A DNA stretch of 64,000 nt from an uncultured delta proteobacterium (GCA_963734845.1 CAVTIS010000012.1:67641-131640), one strand, 5' to 3'. Shown: positions 18,890 to 29,353, numbered from the stretch's first letter. A program made the numbers and translations. The notes: generated by a model not told the origin, from the letters alone.

Positions 18890-21289
18890 TCAGCCCTCGC
18901 GCAATTCGACCGCGTAGTTGCGGCCTTCCCACTGCTCACGCGTCTTCCAATAGAAAGTGAAGCGCACGGGCGCGCGGTCGGCGGTGGTGACTTCGATATC
19001 GACGAAATCGAGTCCCACCGCAGTGTGGGTCGAATGGCTGTCGAAGACGTGATGCCATTCGTCCTTGCTCCAGTGCAGCATGAAGGGTTCGCCGCTGTGG
19101 ATGCGGAGCTTGGACGGGAGTGTGATGGACTCGATTTGCCGGTTGTGCTTCCAAACCTCGATTGGAGCGCGCGGCGCGCCGTCGCGGTAGCGTTCCGCGA
19201 CTTCGGGGATGAGATCGAAGATGACGCCGTCGGCGGCCGAGCGCAGAAGTTTCAGGTACTCCGCGTGCGCCCACATCAGGGGCATCGCAGCCCCGGTCGG
19301 CCCGCCGAAATGCATCAGCGCCGCCGGCAGGTCGGGCCCGTCCCAGACCTGTTCGGGCAACAGCCGCGTCGAGGTGGCGAAGTTTTCGATCGCGCGCAGG
19401 TATGGGATGACGTCGCGGCCCGCTGCGAGTTCGTAATGGCCGCGCTCGCCGCTCAACAGCGGCCACGGCCGCCCGACGCCCCATCCCACGAACGGGCCGC
19501 CGTCGTCGCGCTGGCCGTAGCCGTCATGCGTATAGCGCTTCCAGCACGGCCCGGCCGGGAAGTCGGTCTTGAGCACCGCGTCGACGACCCGCAGCGAATC
19601 CTCGACCAGCGGGTCGCCGGGGCGGCGGATGCCGTAGCGCACCAGTTCCAGGAAACCCGCGTCGACAATTTCGGCCGCCGGAAATAGATAGGGCGCGCCG
19701 GGCGGGCGGTTGCGGATCGGCACCAACCCCTGGTCGGGATCGTCATTGGGCACTGTGAGCGCGGGGTCGGCCGGATTGATTCGTACGTAGTGGCGCTTGA
19801 TGCCCGGCACGAGAAAGCCCTGGTTGGTTACGGTCCAGCGTTCGATATGCGATTCGAGGAAATCGGCGTAGTCGAGCAGAAACTGCGCCGTGGTCGTGTC
19901 GCCGCGCCCGTGCGCCAGGTTCGACGCGCAAACCAGCGCCGCGATATTGCTCGCGAGGGTCGCGGGCGAGTAGCCGCTATTCTCCTCCCATCGCTCCTGC
20001 GGCGTGACCGGGCCTTCGTGAATCAGGTAGCGCGCGGCCGCCAGCACCATCGGGTACGGATCCAGACCCATCGTCGCGCCGGCATGCACCAGCCGGTACG
20101 CCAGCATGATCGGAAAGGCGACTTCGTCGAGCTGGATGCCCTGCCAGTAGGGCGTGCCGTCGATCCAGAAATTCTGCGGGAAACCGCCGTCGGGCCGCTG
20201 CGAGCACGCGAGGTAGATGAGCGCGCGCACCGGAGTCGCAAGGTCGCCGCCGGCGAGCAGCCCGGTCGCGCTGTTGACCATGTCGCGAGTCCATACCAGA
20301 TGATAGCCGCCGAGGTCTTCGTCGCCCTTGACCTCGCCCCACGGGATGCTCAGCGACGCGATGAGCGCGCCGGAGAAGCGCTTGTCCTCGTGCGCGAGCA
20401 GCAATTCGCGGGTTCTGTGGCAGAGATGGCCGCCGTCGCCGGTCCATCGCTCCAGCGGGTACATGTGCAAGCAGGCGCGGGTCCATTGCTCGAGGAAGCG
20501 CGCCGAGTGTTGCGCGAACGGCACCCCGAGCGACTGATAAAGACAGGTAACCGCGCGATGCAGGCCGTTGCCGAAAGCCAGGCCAAGGGTGAAGTGGTAG
20601 TCCTCGGGCAGGGCGATTTCCGCGGTCAGCGCAACGTTGCCGTCGGGGGCCGAGGCGAACTGCCAGTCGAGCTCGAAATTGTGATTGAGGTCCTGCCATC
20701 CGTCGGTCTTGCCGACGTAGCCGCAGGAGCGTCGCACGAACGGCACGTTGGCTCCCAGAGCCAGCCAGGTATTGTCCTTGTGCGCGGTCAGAAACTCGTA
20801 CCCGGCCATCCGCGCGACGTTGGCGCTGTTGCCCCACCCACCGACGTTCAGATGCGGCGAGAGCAGCACGAATAGCCGCAGGCGGCGCAGCAGGTCGGCA
20901 TCGCCTTCGAGCCGCGTGTCCACCAGCAGGCACGGCTGATGCGGGTCAGTGATGATCTCCATCACCACGCAGTAGCGCCCCTCACGGTCGGCATTGATGA
21001 TGCGCACGCCGAGGCCGCGATCGCCGAGGTACTCGATGGAAGTGTCCTGGTTGCGATGGACGTCGTGGAAAAAAGTTTCGCCGTCGGTCACCAGGTACTG
21101 CAGATCGCGGATTTGCGGCCGATCGATCGTCGGATAGTAGATTTCGTTGAGCACGCCGCCCGAGGCGGTGAACCAGATGGGACTCGCGGTGGAGTAGGCG
21201 GTGCCGACGACGTCCTTGGCGCTGTAGGTCCAGCGCGGCTCGATTCCGGGGCCTCCCCAGGCTCGCGGTTCGTTCTCGATGATGGCCAT
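18890..21289 (-). CDS. Glycoside hydrolase family 15 glucoamylase/glucodextranase-like
   Basis: GYHLVWTRD, QLDEVAFP, QERWEENSGYS, LLPEQVWD, PLMWAHAEY. Confidence 0.92.
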   Translation of the reverse strand: MAIIENEPRAWGGPGIEPRWTYSAKDVVGTAYSTASPIWFTASGGVLNEIYYPTIDRPQIRDLQYLVTDGETFFHDVHRNQDTSIEYLGDRGLGVRIINADREGRYCVVMEIITDPHQPCLLVDTRLEGDADLLRRLRLFVLLSPHLNVGGWGNSANVARMAGYEFLTAHKDNTWLALGANVPFVRRSCGYVGKTDGWQDLNHNFELDWQFASAPDGNVALTAEIALPEDYHFTLGLAFGNGLHRAVTCLYQSLGVPFAQHSARFLEQWTRACLHMYPLERWTGDGGHLCHRTRELLLAHEDKRFSGALIASLSIPWGEVKGDEDLGGYHLVWTRDMVNSATGLLAGGDLATPVRALIYLACSQRPDGGFPQNFWIDGTPYWQGIQLDEVAFPIMLAYRLVHAGATMGLDPYPMVLAAARYLIHEGPVTPQERWEENSGYSPATLASNIAALVCASNLAHGRGDTTTAQFLLDYADFLESHIERWTVTNQGFLVPGIKRHYVRINPADPALTVPNDDPDQGLVPIRNRPPGAPYLFPAAEIVDAGFLELVRYGIRRPGDPLVEDSLRVVDAVLKTDFPAGPCWKRYTHDGYGQRDDGGPFVGWGVGRPWPLLSGERGHYELAAGRDVIPYLRAIENFATSTRLLPEQVWDGPDLPAALMHFGGPTGAAMPLMWAHAEYLKLLRSAADGVIFDLIPEVAERYRDGAPRAPIEVWKHNRQIESITLPSKLRIHSGEPFMLHWSKDEWHHVFDSHSTHTAVGLDFVDIEVTTADRAPVRFTFYWKTREQWEGRNYAVELREG

Positions 21290-21333
21290 CAGGGGGCTTT
21301 CCTTTGCACGCGCGCGGTGTGCGGTGAGAGCGC

Positions 21334-22134
21334 TTAGAGCGTGGCAGGAGGCTCGGCCGCCGGATCGCTGAGCTTGGCCTGCGCGCGAAACATGTAGGAA
21401 ACGCCCACGCTCAGCAGGTAGAGCAGCAGCAGCGGAATGGCGAGCAAGAAAATCGAAACCATGTCGGGCGGGGTCAGCGCCGCCGAGACCACGAAGATAC
21501 CGAGCACCGCGTAGCGGAAGTACTGCAGCATCATGCGGTAGTCGATCAGTCCGAGCCGGGTCAGGAAAACCGCGAAAATCGGCATCTCGAACGTCAGCCC
21601 GAACGCCAGCATCAGCTTGGCCGAGAACGCCAGGTATTCGCTGATACGAATCGTCGGCGTAACCCCAATCGAAGCGTACTGCGCGATGAAAAATGCGTAG
21701 CCGACCTTGAACACCACCGCCCAGCAGAAGTAGCCGCCCAAGGCGAAGAACAGGCTCGAGCTGACGACGAACGGCAGCGCCATCCGCCGCTCCGACTCAT
21801 ACAGGCCCGGCGCGATAAATTTCCACACTTCGTAAAATATCGCCGGACTGGAAAGGAACACGCCGGCCACCAGTGAGACCTTGATCTTGGTGAAAAACGC
21901 CTCGCCCACGCCGGTGCCTATTAGCAGCAGCTTGCTCCCGCCGACCTCGCGCAGCGGCAGCGTCAGCCAGGCGAAAAGATGGTCGGCGAAAATGTACGAC
22001 AGCGCGCATCCCACCGCTATCGCGATCACCCCCCGCACCAGCCGTCCGCGCAGCTCGCGCACGTGGTCGAGCAGCGGCATGCGGACCTCCTCCGTCGCGG
22101 CGGGAGGATTGGCGGGAAACTCCTGGATGGCCAC
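21334..22134 (-). CDS. tatC: Twin-arginine translocase subunit TatC
   Basis: MPLLDHVRELRGRL, FIAPGLY, FGLTFEMP, ALTPPD. Confidence 0.95.
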   Translation of the reverse strand: MAIQEFPANPPAATEEVRMPLLDHVRELRGRLVRGVIAIAVGCALSYIFADHLFAWLTLPLREVGGSKLLLIGTGVGEAFFTKIKVSLVAGVFLSSPAIFYEVWKFIAPGLYESERRMALPFVVSSSLFFALGGYFCWAVVFKVGYAFFIAQYASIGVTPTIRISEYLAFSAKLMLAFGLTFEMPIFAVFLTRLGLIDYRMMLQYFRYAVLGIFVVSAALTPPDMVSIFLLAIPLLLLYLLSVGVSYMFRAQAKLSDPAAEPPATL

Positions 22135-22149
22135 GTGGCGCGGCGCGGG

Positions 22150-22878
22150 TTACGGGTTGTCGTCCGGCGGCACCGCGGCCTTGGGGACCTTCGGTTGCCT
22201 CGGGCTGCGGGGGCGGCGCTGACGAGCTGGCGGCTGGGCCCCCGCCGACGGCCGTGGTTCGGTTGAAGTCGCTTGCTTCGTCACCGTCTGTTCCGTTGCC
22301 GCCTGATGCTGCTGCCCGGTAGTCCGCGGCTCGGCGGCCGACGCGAAACCTGATGCGGGCGGCGCCGGCGCCGTTTCGGCAGGCGGCATACTTGCAGCTG
22401 GCGGGCGCGCTTCGGACTCCGGGACGAGGGAAACCGGCGGTGGTGTCGCTGGTGGCTCAGGCGCTTCATGTTCGGCAGGCAGGTGAAGTTCTGCCGTCGA
22501 CCGATGTTGCGCCGGAAGTTCCGCAGTGACGTGGCTGTCGATGGCTGACGCCTCGGCTGAGGCGGGTGGCGCCATGGCCTCGGGCGGCGGTGCGGTTTCA
22601 GCCGGCGGTTCCGATTGGGCCTCCGGTGCGAGAAAAGCGGGCGCGGGCGGCATGGGCGTCGCGGGCGGGGTGGGCGGATGCGGATCGTCGAAGCGCGGCG
22701 GCAAAATATTGAACGGCTCATCGCCGATTGCGCCCGAGATTTCGCGCATCACGGTGTTGCTCGCCAGACGCAACTCGCGCATCACCTTGCCCACCGCGCG
22801 CATCACCTGCGGCAGATCGTCGGGCGGGATCACGATCAAGGCGATTATCAGGAACAGGATTATTTCAAAAATTCCCAA
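22150..22878 (-). CDS. tatB: TatA/B-family translocase subunit with long Pro/Ala-rich tail
   Basis: GIFEIILFLIIALIVIPPDDLPQVMRAVGK; directly upstream of tatC. Confidence 0.8.
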   Translation of the reverse strand: MGIFEIILFLIIALIVIPPDDLPQVMRAVGKVMRELRLASNTVMREISGAIGDEPFNILPPRFDDPHPPTPPATPMPPAPAFLAPEAQSEPPAETAPPPEAMAPPASAEASAIDSHVTAELPAQHRSTAELHLPAEHEAPEPPATPPPVSLVPESEARPPAASMPPAETAPAPPASGFASAAEPRTTGQQHQAATEQTVTKQATSTEPRPSAGAQPPARQRRPRSPRQPKVPKAAVPPDDNP

Positions 22879-22957
22879 GGATATTCCGTCCGCCGAGGTC
22901 TTGGCCCATAGCGCAAGGGCGTGTGGTCTGAGTTAATGATCGTTATCGAAGTTCGGA

Positions 22958-23998
22958 GTGTCAACGATGCTCAGGACCGCATTAATCAGTGACCGCCGTT
23001 TTTTGAAACATTTCGCCGGCCGAAGCCATCCCGAGCGCCCCGAACGCGCCGCGGTGATGATCGAGATGGCCGAACAGCTCCATCGCGACGCAATACTCGC
23101 GCTTAGTCCGCGCGAGGCGAGCATCGCCGAGGTCGAACTGTGTCACGATCCCGCCTACGTGGCCGAGGTCAAACGCAGCGCCTCGATGCCGCGTTATGAT
23201 TTCGACCCCGACACTCACGCCTCGCCCGACTCCTATCAGACCGCGATGCTGGCGGCGGGCGGCGTGCTGACGGCGGTCGAAGCAGTAATGGATGGTGCGG
23301 CGGACAACGCGTTCGCGATCGTCCGTCCGCCGGGCCATCATGCGCTCGCCACGCGCGCGATGGGGTTCTGCCTGTTCAACAACGTGGCGATCGCGGCGCG
23401 CTATTTGACCCGGCATCGCGGGCTCAAACGAGTGCTGGTGGTCGATTGGGACGTCCATCACGGCAACGGCATCCAGGACATCTTTTACGACACGCCCGAG
23501 GTGCTCTACTTTTCAACCCATCAATATCCGTTTTACCCGGGCACCGGCGCGCTCGACGAAATCGGTTATGGAGCCGGCGCCGGATACACCGTCAACGCGC
23601 CGATGCCGGCGACCTTCGGCGACAACGAGTACCTGCGCATCTTCGACGATCTGCTGGCGCCGCTGGTTCGGCAATATCGGCCGGAATTCATCCTCGTATC
23701 GTCGGGCTTCGACGCGCACTTTCGCGATCCGCTCGGCGGGATGCGGGTGACCGAGGGCGGCTTCGCCGCGCTCGCGCGGCGAGTCAAGCGGATGGCGGCC
23801 GAGTGCTGCGGGGGGCGGATGGCCGTGGCGTTGGAGGGCGGCTACGATCTCCAGGCGCTCGCGGATTCGGGACGTAGCGTGATCGAGGAACTGGGGCGCG
23901 AGGCCGACGAGCCGCTCGCGCCCGCCGACGACGGGGCGCGGGTGATTCCTATAATCGAGCGCGCGCAATATTTCCTGTCGCGCTACTGGAAGTTTTAG
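22958..23998 (+). CDS. Histone deacetylase family protein
   Basis: HPERPER, RPPGHHA, MGFCLFNN, DWDVHHGNG, GFDAH, LEGGY. Confidence 0.95.
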   Translation: MSTMLRTALISDRRFLKHFAGRSHPERPERAAVMIEMAEQLHRDAILALSPREASIAEVELCHDPAYVAEVKRSASMPRYDFDPDTHASPDSYQTAMLAAGGVLTAVEAVMDGAADNAFAIVRPPGHHALATRAMGFCLFNNVAIAARYLTRHRGLKRVLVVDWDVHHGNGIQDIFYDTPEVLYFSTHQYPFYPGTGALDEIGYGAGAGYTVNAPMPATFGDNEYLRIFDDLLAPLVRQYRPEFILVSSGFDAHFRDPLGGMRVTEGGFAALARRVKRMAAECCGGRMAVALEGGYDLQALADSGRSVIEELGREADEPLAPADDGARVIPIIERAQYFLSRYWKF

Positions 23999-24000
23999 GG

Positions 24001-25533
24001 TTGAGCGAAAAACGCGCCGACGTGCCCGGCCCCAACTCTCCCAACCAATCTGACACGCTGCGGCTGGTCGCTCTGGGAGCCGCCGCGCCGCGGGTTCTCG
24101 AATTGCGCTCCGCGCGCGTCACGGTCGGCACCGCCGCCAGCAACGATCTGCTCCTGGACGAGCCGACCGCCTCGCGCCGCCATGCCGCGCTCGAGCGACG
24201 CGGCGGCCGATGGCATGTGGCTGATCTCGGCTCGACCAACGGCACCTATATAAATGGACGGCGCGTGACCGCGCCGACGCCGCTTCAGCGCGGCGACGAG
24301 TTGCGGTTCGCCAATGCGCGCTTCGCGTGCGTCGCTCCCGGCGACGACCTTTCCAAGGTCGGCGCCGGGAGCGAGAAGACCGGCGCACGCTCGCGCGGGC
24401 GCGGCGTGCGCCGCGCGAGCGCTATCGCGGCTGTGCTGCTGTGCGCGGTCGGCGGCTTCGCGCTGACCGCGTACCTGCTGCACGCCGAGCGCCGCGGCCC
24501 TGCGGCGGAGGGGCTGGCGGCGCAAGGCGCCGCCCGCCCCTCCGCCGCATCGAGCACCGCGGGGGCGCTGGGCGCCGCCGCCGCTACGCCCGCCGCCATC
24601 GCGGTCGAGCCGGGTGCGCCTCCAGGCGCGACCGCGATGCCCCCTTGGCTCGCACGGCTCAACCACTATCGCTCGCTCGCGGGCTTGCCGCCGGTAGCCG
24701 AGGACCCCGCGCTTAGCGAGGGCGACGCCTTGCATGCGCGCTACCTGGTGAAAAGCTACGCCGAGGCTATCCGGCGCGGCGGTATCGGAGGCGAGGCCCA
24801 TGAAGAGAACCGCGCGAGCCCCTGGTACACGGTAAAAGGCGCGGACGCCGGAAAGGCTAGCGACGTGTCCTACTGGCAGGCAGGCAAGGGACCGCCCGCA
24901 GCCGGGACGGCATCCGATTCGCCCGATTCGCCGGACGCGATGCCGTGGGGCTCGCCCGGATGGAGCATCGACGGATGGGTCGGGATTCCGTTTCATCGCC
25001 TTAGCCTCCTCAGCCCCTATCTGCGGCGGACCGGCTTTGGTCGATATTGCGAGGACTCGGGATGCGCGGCGGCGTTGGACACCTTGAGCGAGCGCAACCG
25101 GCTCCCGGAGTATCGGGTCCCGTTCGCTCATCCGTTGGAATTTCCCCCATCAGGCACGACGATCGGGATACTCTCGCTGGATTCGGAATGGCCTGATCCG
25201 CTAACCGGATGTCCCGGCTATGCGCGCCCGGCCGGCCTTGCTATCACGCTCGAAGTCGGAGCCGAGGTTGACGCCCGCCTTGGCGCCCATAGCCTCACTC
25301 GCGACGGCGCATCGTCAGCAGGCTCGGGGGCAAAGCTGGAGGCCTGCGGCTTCGACGCTTCGAGCTATGTCAATCCTGAGGCCGCCGCGCAGCGGCGCGC
25401 GCGCGACATCTTGCACGGCTTCGGCGGAGTGGTGATGATTCCGCGCGGTCCGCTGGAGCGGGGCGCGAGCTACACGGTCTCGATGACGGTCAACGGGCAG
25501 CAATACAAATGGTCGTTTTCGACCGTGCCGTAG
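24001..25533 (+). CDS. FHA domain, TM helix and CAP/SCP-like extracytoplasmic domain protein
   Basis: SRRHA and DLGSTNGT (FHA); AIAAVLLCAVGGFALTAYLL; RLNHYRSLAGL, HARYL, PFHRLSLL (CAP). Confidence 0.8.
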   Translation: MSEKRADVPGPNSPNQSDTLRLVALGAAAPRVLELRSARVTVGTAASNDLLLDEPTASRRHAALERRGGRWHVADLGSTNGTYINGRRVTAPTPLQRGDELRFANARFACVAPGDDLSKVGAGSEKTGARSRGRGVRRASAIAAVLLCAVGGFALTAYLLHAERRGPAAEGLAAQGAARPSAASSTAGALGAAAATPAAIAVEPGAPPGATAMPPWLARLNHYRSLAGLPPVAEDPALSEGDALHARYLVKSYAEAIRRGGIGGEAHEENRASPWYTVKGADAGKASDVSYWQAGKGPPAAGTASDSPDSPDAMPWGSPGWSIDGWVGIPFHRLSLLSPYLRRTGFGRYCEDSGCAAALDTLSERNRLPEYRVPFAHPLEFPPSGTTIGILSLDSEWPDPLTGCPGYARPAGLAITLEVGAEVDARLGAHSLTRDGASSAGSGAKLEACGFDASSYVNPEAAAQRRARDILHGFGGVVMIPRGPLERGASYTVSMTVNGQQYKWSFSTVP

Positions 25534-25695
25534 GCGCCTGTCGACCGCTCCATAACTGGCTTCGTATGCGGCAGTGTCCCGCGCGTCGCCAGCGCAGTTG
25601 CGTCGCCGGGACAGAGCAACTAATACTCAGGGGAGCAGGCTGCCTGCGGAATGCCGCTGCTGCGGCGCGGAAACCGAAGGCCTAAGGAGAGCACA

Positions 25696-26973
25696 ATGAA
25701 AATTTCGATGTTTCATCTGATGCCTTACCGCGAGCTGCCCGCGGATTTCGAAAAGCGTTACCACTCGGTATGGGTCGACCCGCCCTATCACGAACTCGCC
25801 GATACCGAGAAGATTGCCAAGTATTACAACTGGACCCTCGACGAGCTGACCTACGCAGCCAAGGCCGGGATGGACGGCATCTGCGTCAACGAGCACCATC
25901 AGAACGCTTACGGCTTCATGCCGTCGCCCAATTTGATGGGTTCGGCGCTGGCCCGCGCGACCAACGATCTCGACGTAGCGCTGGTGCAGATGGGCGCGAC
26001 GTTGCCCACCACGATTCCGCCAATCCGGGTGGCCGAAGAGTATGGGATGCTCGATTGCATCAGCGGCGGCCGCCTGGTGGCGGGAATGCCGCTCGGCACG
26101 CCGATGGACGCGAACCTGTGCTACGGAATCACGCCGATGGAGCATCGCGAGCGCTACTACGAGGCGCACGATCTGATCATGAAGGCGTGGCAGTCTAAAG
26201 AAATCTTCGCCTGGAACGGCAAGTACTTCAAATTGCCGATGGTCAATCTGTGGCCGCGCCCGCTGCAGAAGCCGCATCCCCCGGTATGGATTCCGGGCAG
26301 CGGCAGTCTCAGCACCTGGGACTTCACCGCCAAGCATAACCATTGCTATTGCTTCCTCAGCTACTACGGCAACAACCTCGGCAAGCGCGTGATGGACGGC
26401 TTCTGGGAGTTCGTCGCCAAAAGCAACCTAGACGCCAATCCGTATCGCGCGGGCTTCCTGCAGCTCGTGGTGGTGGCCGAGAGCGACGCCAAGGCCGAAG
26501 AGCTCTACTATCCGCACATCCGTTATTTCTACGACAAGTGCCTGCACATCCTGTGGGATTACCAGGCCGTGCCCGGCAACCAGGACCATCGCAGTCTGGT
26601 CAACAGCGTCAAGAATCTGTACCCGATGCAGCTCGACTTGATGTCGAAGGTGCCGAACTGGAAGTACAAGGATTTCGTCGAGAACCAGTTCGTGATCGGC
26701 GGCAGTCCCAAGTCGGTGACCGACCAGCTCAAGGCCGCGGTCAAGAAGCTGCGCGTGGGCAACTTGATGGTGCTGTTGCAAATTGGATCGATGCCGCACG
26801 AGCTGACGCTCAAGAACATCGATATGTTCGCGCGCGAGGTCAAACCGCACTTCCGCGACATGTGGGACGACGAGTGGGAGAACCATTGGTGGCCCGAGCG
26901 GCTGAAGGAAAGGAAGCCCGCAGCCGCGCGTCCGGGCGCCGCGCATCCCACGATGGAGCGTGCGGCGAAGTAG
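25696..26973 (+). CDS. LLM-class flavin-dependent oxidoreductase
   Basis: VNEHHQ, PSPN, RVAEEYGMLDCISGGR; AAGGAG RBS. Confidence 0.9.
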   Translation: MKISMFHLMPYRELPADFEKRYHSVWVDPPYHELADTEKIAKYYNWTLDELTYAAKAGMDGICVNEHHQNAYGFMPSPNLMGSALARATNDLDVALVQMGATLPTTIPPIRVAEEYGMLDCISGGRLVAGMPLGTPMDANLCYGITPMEHRERYYEAHDLIMKAWQSKEIFAWNGKYFKLPMVNLWPRPLQKPHPPVWIPGSGSLSTWDFTAKHNHCYCFLSYYGNNLGKRVMDGFWEFVAKSNLDANPYRAGFLQLVVVAESDAKAEELYYPHIRYFYDKCLHILWDYQAVPGNQDHRSLVNSVKNLYPMQLDLMSKVPNWKYKDFVENQFVIGGSPKSVTDQLKAAVKKLRVGNLMVLLQIGSMPHELTLKNIDMFAREVKPHFRDMWDDEWENHWWPERLKERKPAAARPGAAHPTMERAAK

Positions 26974-26987
26974 ATAGCGCGCGTCGC

Positions 26988-27069
26988 GCGCTCGCGCCGC
27001 CGGCGCGAGCGCAAGCGCACAGCAAGTTCTTCGTAAGCCCGGCGCCGGCTCGACCAGCCGGCGCCGGGC
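26988..27069. repeat. Two adjacent perfect GC-rich hairpins (11-bp and 14-bp stems)
   Basis: GCGCTCGCGCC-gcc-GGCGCGAGCGC; GCCCGGCGCCGGCT-cgacc-AGCCGGCGCCGGGC. Confidence 0.85.
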
Positions 27070-27111
27070 CCTGAATAAGCCGCGGAAATCGACGAAGAGG
27101 CACAGAAGGCC

Positions 27112-27897
27112 ATGGCCGGAGCACAAGAACGCATCGTCAACGTTTGGGACGACAAGATAAAGGCGCACGTAAAGGTCGCGGGCTCAGGGCCGGCGCTGGT
27201 TTTTCTGCATGGCGGATGGGGTCCGCAGTGGACCGAATTCCAAGACACGCTGGCGCGCGATTTTACCGTGTATGCCCCCGACCATCCGGGCACCAGCGAC
27301 GGTGACCCAGAATCCCATCGTGCACTCGATGACATGTGGGACCTCGCGCTCTTTTATGATGAGTTGTTCGACAAGCTCAGCCTCGACAAACCGGCGCTGG
27401 TCGGACATTCATTCGGCGGGATGGTGGCGGGCGACGTCGCGGCGAATTTTCCCAAGCGCGTGGGCAAACTGGTGCTCATCGACTCGCTGGGCATCTGGCT
27501 CGACGATTCGCCGATTCGCAATTACATGGTGACGCCAATCACCGAGCTCCTTCCGATGATCTTCGCCAACCCCAACCATCCGTCAGTCGGAACCTTCGTG
27601 CCCAATCCGACCGACACCGAGGCGATGGTGCGCACGCACTGGGCGCTCGGATGCACCGGCAAGTTTTGCTGGCCGATCCCCGACAAGGGACTCCGCAAAC
27701 GCATCCATCGCGTGAGCGCGCCAACCCTGGTGCTATGGGGCAAGCAGGACCATCTCGTGCCGGCCGCCTATGCCCACGAGTTCGTCAAGCTGATCAAGGG
27801 CGCGAAGGTGGAGCTCATCGACAAAGCCTCGCACATGCTGCCGATAGAGCAGCCGGCGGCGGCGGCCAAGGCGGTGGCGGATTTCGTCAAGCTTTAG
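27112..27897 (+). CDS. Alpha/beta fold hydrolase
   Basis: FLHG, GHSFGG, LWGKQD, ASHM. Confidence 0.9.
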   Translation: MAGAQERIVNVWDDKIKAHVKVAGSGPALVFLHGGWGPQWTEFQDTLARDFTVYAPDHPGTSDGDPESHRALDDMWDLALFYDELFDKLSLDKPALVGHSFGGMVAGDVAANFPKRVGKLVLIDSLGIWLDDSPIRNYMVTPITELLPMIFANPNHPSVGTFVPNPTDTEAMVRTHWALGCTGKFCWPIPDKGLRKRIHRVSAPTLVLWGKQDHLVPAAYAHEFVKLIKGAKVELIDKASHMLPIEQPAAAAKAVADFVKL

Positions 27898-27943
27898 CGC
27901 CTCAGCTCTAACCGATGTGGGGAGAAAGAGGGAGACAGCAGAA

Positions 27944-28507
27944 ATGACAGGACGGATCATCAAATCAACGTGCCTTGTGCTCGTGGCGGCGTTCGTGGCC
28001 GCGGCGACCTGCATGGCCGCAAACCTCGACGGGGTACCCGTGCGCAACACCGGCCATTACGCAATTATCGACACCGATCGCGGCATCGTCGTAATCGAGC
28101 TCTACAATACCGTCGCACCCAAGACGGTTGAAAACTTCGAGACCCTGACCAAGAAGGGGTTCTACAACGGCCTCACTTTCCATCGCGTGGTCCCCGGCTT
28201 CGTAGTTCAGGGCGGCGACCCCAAGGGTGACGGCAGCGGCGGCCCCGGCTACGATGTGCCGGCCGAAATCAGTCCGGCCGAAAAGCATCTGCGCGGCTCG
28301 GTCGCGACGGCGCGCCTGGGCGACGCAGTCAATCCGGATCGCAAGTCCAGCGGCAGCCAGTTCTACATCTGTCTCGAGCCGCAGTCCGGCCTCGACGGCC
28401 AGTACACGGTTTTTGGCGGCGTGATCGAAGGGATGGCCGTGGTCGACAAGATTCAGGTCGGCGATCACATGAAGAAGGTCACGCTCGCCTCCGAGCCGCC
28501 GAAATAA
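27944..28507 (+). CDS. Cyclophilin-type peptidyl-prolyl isomerase with signal peptide
   Basis: FYNGLTFHRVVPGFVVQGGDP, SGSQFYI, YTVFG. Confidence 0.95.
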   Translation: MTGRIIKSTCLVLVAAFVAAATCMAANLDGVPVRNTGHYAIIDTDRGIVVIELYNTVAPKTVENFETLTKKGFYNGLTFHRVVPGFVVQGGDPKGDGSGGPGYDVPAEISPAEKHLRGSVATARLGDAVNPDRKSSGSQFYICLEPQSGLDGQYTVFGGVIEGMAVVDKIQVGDHMKKVTLASEPPK

Positions 28508-28523
28508 GTCCGCGATCGGGATT

Positions 28524-28607
28524 CGGAAATCGGCAGACGGAAATCGGAAGACGGGAAACGGCGGCAACTTGGCGGGATGCGGGATCGTAGCTGGATCTTG
28601 GCGGGAT
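28524..28607 (+). repeat. Short direct repeats after stop codon
   Basis: cggaaatcggcaga/cggaaatcggaaga (14-bp tandem); cttggcgggat twice (28568, 28597). Confidence 0.6.
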
Positions 28608-28624
28608 CTTAGGTTGACGGGCGC

Positions 28625-29353
28625 ATGAGCATCGGCGCGAGCGAGCATCCTGCCGGGTCCTACTTCACCGTCGACGTCCATCTGCACACCAATCGCGGCA
28701 GCGCCGATTCCAATCTTGCGCCGCGCGACCTGGTCGAGCGTGCCCGCGCCATCGGCATTGGCGCCGTCTGCATCACCGAGCACGACACGATGTGGCCGCT
28801 GGCCGAGGTCGGCGAGGCGGCGCGGGAGGCCGGAGTCCTGCTGCTGCGTGGGATGGAAGTGACGACCGACATGGGGCATATCGGGGTCTTCGGCCTGGAT
28901 ACTTATCTCGGCGGAATCTACAAGCTCTCCGAGTTGCGCCGCGTGGCCGATAAGAGCGGCGCGATCCTGATTGCCAACCATCCGTTTCGTTACCGGCTCG
29001 ACGCGCGGATGTCATTTATGAACTCCGACCACGAACCGATCGACCCGGCCCATCCGGACCGCGCGGCCAAGCTCGAGATTTTCCGGATGGTGGACGCGGT
29101 GGAGGCGCTTAACGGCGCATGTTCCGAAGAGGAGAACCTCTTCGCGCTCAAGGTCGCCGAGCACCTGGGGCTGGCCGTGGTGGCCGGCAGCGATTCCCAT
29201 TCGGCGAGCTCAATCGGATGCGTGACGACGCTGTTTCCCGAGCCGGTGCGCACCGAGCGCGACTTGATTGACGCGATTCGCGCGCGCCGCTCGCGCGCCG
29301 GCCGCGGCCTGCTCAAAAACGCAGTCGCCCCATTCGAGCTTGCGGCCGCGTAG
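28625..29353 (+). CDS. PHP-domain metal-dependent phosphoesterase
   Basis: DVHLHT, ITEHD, GHI, NHPFR, GSDSH. Confidence 0.9.
   Translation: MSIGASEHPAGSYFTVDVHLHTNRGSADSNLAPRDLVERARAIGIGAVCITEHDTMWPLAEVGEAAREAGVLLLRGMEVTTDMGHIGVFGLDTYLGGIYKLSELRRVADKSGAILIANHPFRYRLDARMSFMNSDHEPIDPAHPDRAAKLEIFRMVDAVEALNGACSEEENLFALKVAEHLGLAVVAGSDSHSASSIGCVTTLFPEPVRTERDLIDAIRARRSRAGRGLLKNAVAPFELAAA

Noticed and set aside
18410-19687. 425-aa plus-strand ORF
   Set aside because: Overlaps the VTT gene out of frame and GH15 antisense; the real signal is in the third frame (rhodanese).
22150-22700. Long Pro/Ala-rich TatB tail
   Set aside because: Variable disordered tails are common in TatB.
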